A DNA stretch of 64,000 nt, taken from positions 2,318 to 66,317 of the forward strand of contig CANRSX010000025.1 of assembly GCA_947642555.1 (NCBI GenBank). Reading direction: 5' to 3'. The stretch comes from an uncultured Roseburia sp. GTDB lineage: Bacteria; Bacillota; Clostridia; Lachnospirales; Lachnospiraceae. The notes beneath the pieces were generated by a model. The model worked only from the letters and a program-made list of their open reading frames with translations, was not told where the DNA came from and did no database searches. Below are positions 62,803 to 64,000 of the stretch, piece after piece (the stretch's first letter is position 1; the number at the start of each line of letters is the position of its first letter). A program made the position numbers and the translations under genes.

Positions 62803-63720
62803 TCAGATCCGGTCTCCCCGCCGGATAATCCCGACCCCGATCGGATACGGGCCGGTGTGAACCCCGATCGTGGCGCCGATCTGGTAAATCTTTGGATCCG
62901 CGATCCCCAGCCGCTCCTTCACGAGATCCCTTAACATCTCCTTAAACCGGCACGCCTCCCCGTAATCATAGCCGTAGCCGATCGCAAAGCTGTATTCGCC
63001 CGGCTGTGCGCTGCGCTCGTCAAGATACGCCCGCAGCAGCTCCACCACCTTCTCCATCGATTTCTCACGGCTTCTCGCGATCCCCGAGGAAAAAATCTCC
63101 CCCTCCTTTAAGGTAATCAGCGGCTTTAATTTTAAAACGCTGCCGGCGACCCCGGCCACCCTGCCGATCCTCCCGCCGTGCCGGAGATAATCGATGTTTC
63201 CAATGGTAAAAAAGATACGCCCGCTCTCGCGGATCGCTAAACTCTTCTCCACGATCTGGTCGTAGGAGCACCCCATATCGCGCAGCCTGCACACCTCGAT
63301 CACATACAGTCCCTGCAGCACCGTATTGACCGTCGCGTCGATCACGGTCAGGCGCACTTCAGGGTACTCCTCTGCGATCATATCGCGAGCCGTATTCGCG
63401 GACTGCAGCGAGCCGCTGAACTTGCTGGTGATGCAGATGCAGATCATCGGAATCCCTTCCCTCGCGTACGGCAGAAATACCTTGTAATAATCGTCCACCG
63501 ACGGCATGGAGGTCTTCGGGAACACATCCGGATGATCCACCATCTGCTGATAAAAATCACGAATATCCAGCTCCTCAATCTCCTTCTGATATGTCTCACT
63601 GTCAAACGAGACATAAAACGGAACCACCTTCACCTCCAGCCGGTCCGTCAGCTCCCGCGGAAGATCCAGCGAACCGTCGCTGATGATCTGAATCCGGCTC
63701 TTCCCATTGTCTGTTTTCAT
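62803..63720 (-). CDS. DegV-family fatty-acid-binding protein
   Basis: 305 aa. IQIISDGSLDLP..VVPFYV.. KTSMPSV is typical of DegV. RBS GGAGGGA. Confidence 0.85.
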   Translation of the reverse strand: MKTDNGKSRIQIISDGSLDLPRELTDRLEVKVVPFYVSFDSETYQKEIEELDIRDFYQQMVDHPDVFPKTSMPSVDDYYKVFLPYAREGIPMICICITSKFSGSLQSANTARDMIAEEYPEVRLTVIDATVNTVLQGLYVIEVCRLRDMGCSYDQIVEKSLAIRESGRIFFTIGNIDYLRHGGRIGRVAGVAGSVLKLKPLITLKEGEIFSSGIARSREKSMEKVVELLRAYLDERSAQPGEYSFAIGYGYDYGEACRFKEMLRDLVKERLGIADPKIYQIGATIGVHTGPYPIGVGIIRRGDRI

Positions 63721-63933
63721 TTATTCTGTCCCTCCGCCCAATCCTTTTGCAGTAAAGTATAGCATGACGGACAGTTTTATTCAATACCGGAAACGCGATT
63801 ATGTGGTTTTTATTACTATAAGATCCGGCCTGCGCCCTGTTTTCTCCCGGAGCGCCTGCATCTCAATCCGTACACCATTTGGGGAAAATTTATGGTATGA
63901 TACTGTCAGAATTCATACGAAGGGAGAATCATC

Positions 63934-64000
63934 ATGAGCGATCTGTTAACCTTTCCCGACAGGGAAGCATTCCGAAGCTGGCTCTCTGACCACTGCACGT
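63934..64000 (+). CDS. Partial ORF, possibly YdeI/OmpD-associated-family (N-terminal 22 codons only)
   Basis: ATG at 63934 follows GAAGGGAGAA. MSDLLTFPDREAFRSWLSDHCT resembles the '..ewr.WL..nh' start of YdeI-like proteins. Confidence 0.3.
   Translation, partial: MSDLLTFPDREAFRSWLSDHCT

Overview
64-kb chromosomal segment of a GC-rich Gram-positive anaerobe. The gene content (YesMN-type two-component system, LplABC-type sugar ABC systems) and GGAGG ribosome-binding sites look Clostridia/Lachnospiraceae-like, but that taxonomic call is inference only. I support about 50 protein genes, about 45 of them on the minus strand in tightly packed and often translationally coupled operons. I saw no rRNA, tRNA, CRISPR array, transposase or integrase.

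Left to right:
(1) An AT-richer ATPase + HNH gene pair at the left edge, Septu-like and truncated by the window.
(2) A LacI-linked glycan-utilisation operon: IUNH-like protein, clan GH-A glycosidase, LplABC-type ABC importer, esterase, GH3, serine hydrolase.
(3) An 8-gene putative cell-envelope glycosylation/modification operon: TupA-like ATP-grasp, AsnB-type amidotransferase, Sat-like GNAT, NagA, PHP phosphatase, unknown membrane protein, GtrB-like GT2, large GT-C/YfhO-like membrane protein.
(4) A 13-gene operon that mixes a CUT1 sugar ABC importer and an embedded YesM/YesN-type two-component system with two metallopeptidases, a URO-D-family protein, a GH105 gene interrupted by an in-frame TAG, two alcohol dehydrogenases, an SMP-30 lactonase-like protein and an FGGY kinase.
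(5) An M20 peptidase + Opp-type peptide ABC operon.
(6) Four tandem paralogous xylose-isomerase-like TIM-barrel genes, divergent from a BtpA/SgcQ + FGGY kinase + DeoR operon.
(7) DUF362, a MATE efflux gene, a large orphan glycosidase-like gene, a PadR-DUF1700-DUF4097 module, DegV, and a partial YdeI-like gene.

The best candidates for undescribed biology are metabolic or envelope systems (items 6, 4 and 3), not a clear new defence system. All functional calls rest on motif recognition by eye and need HMM/BLAST confirmation.
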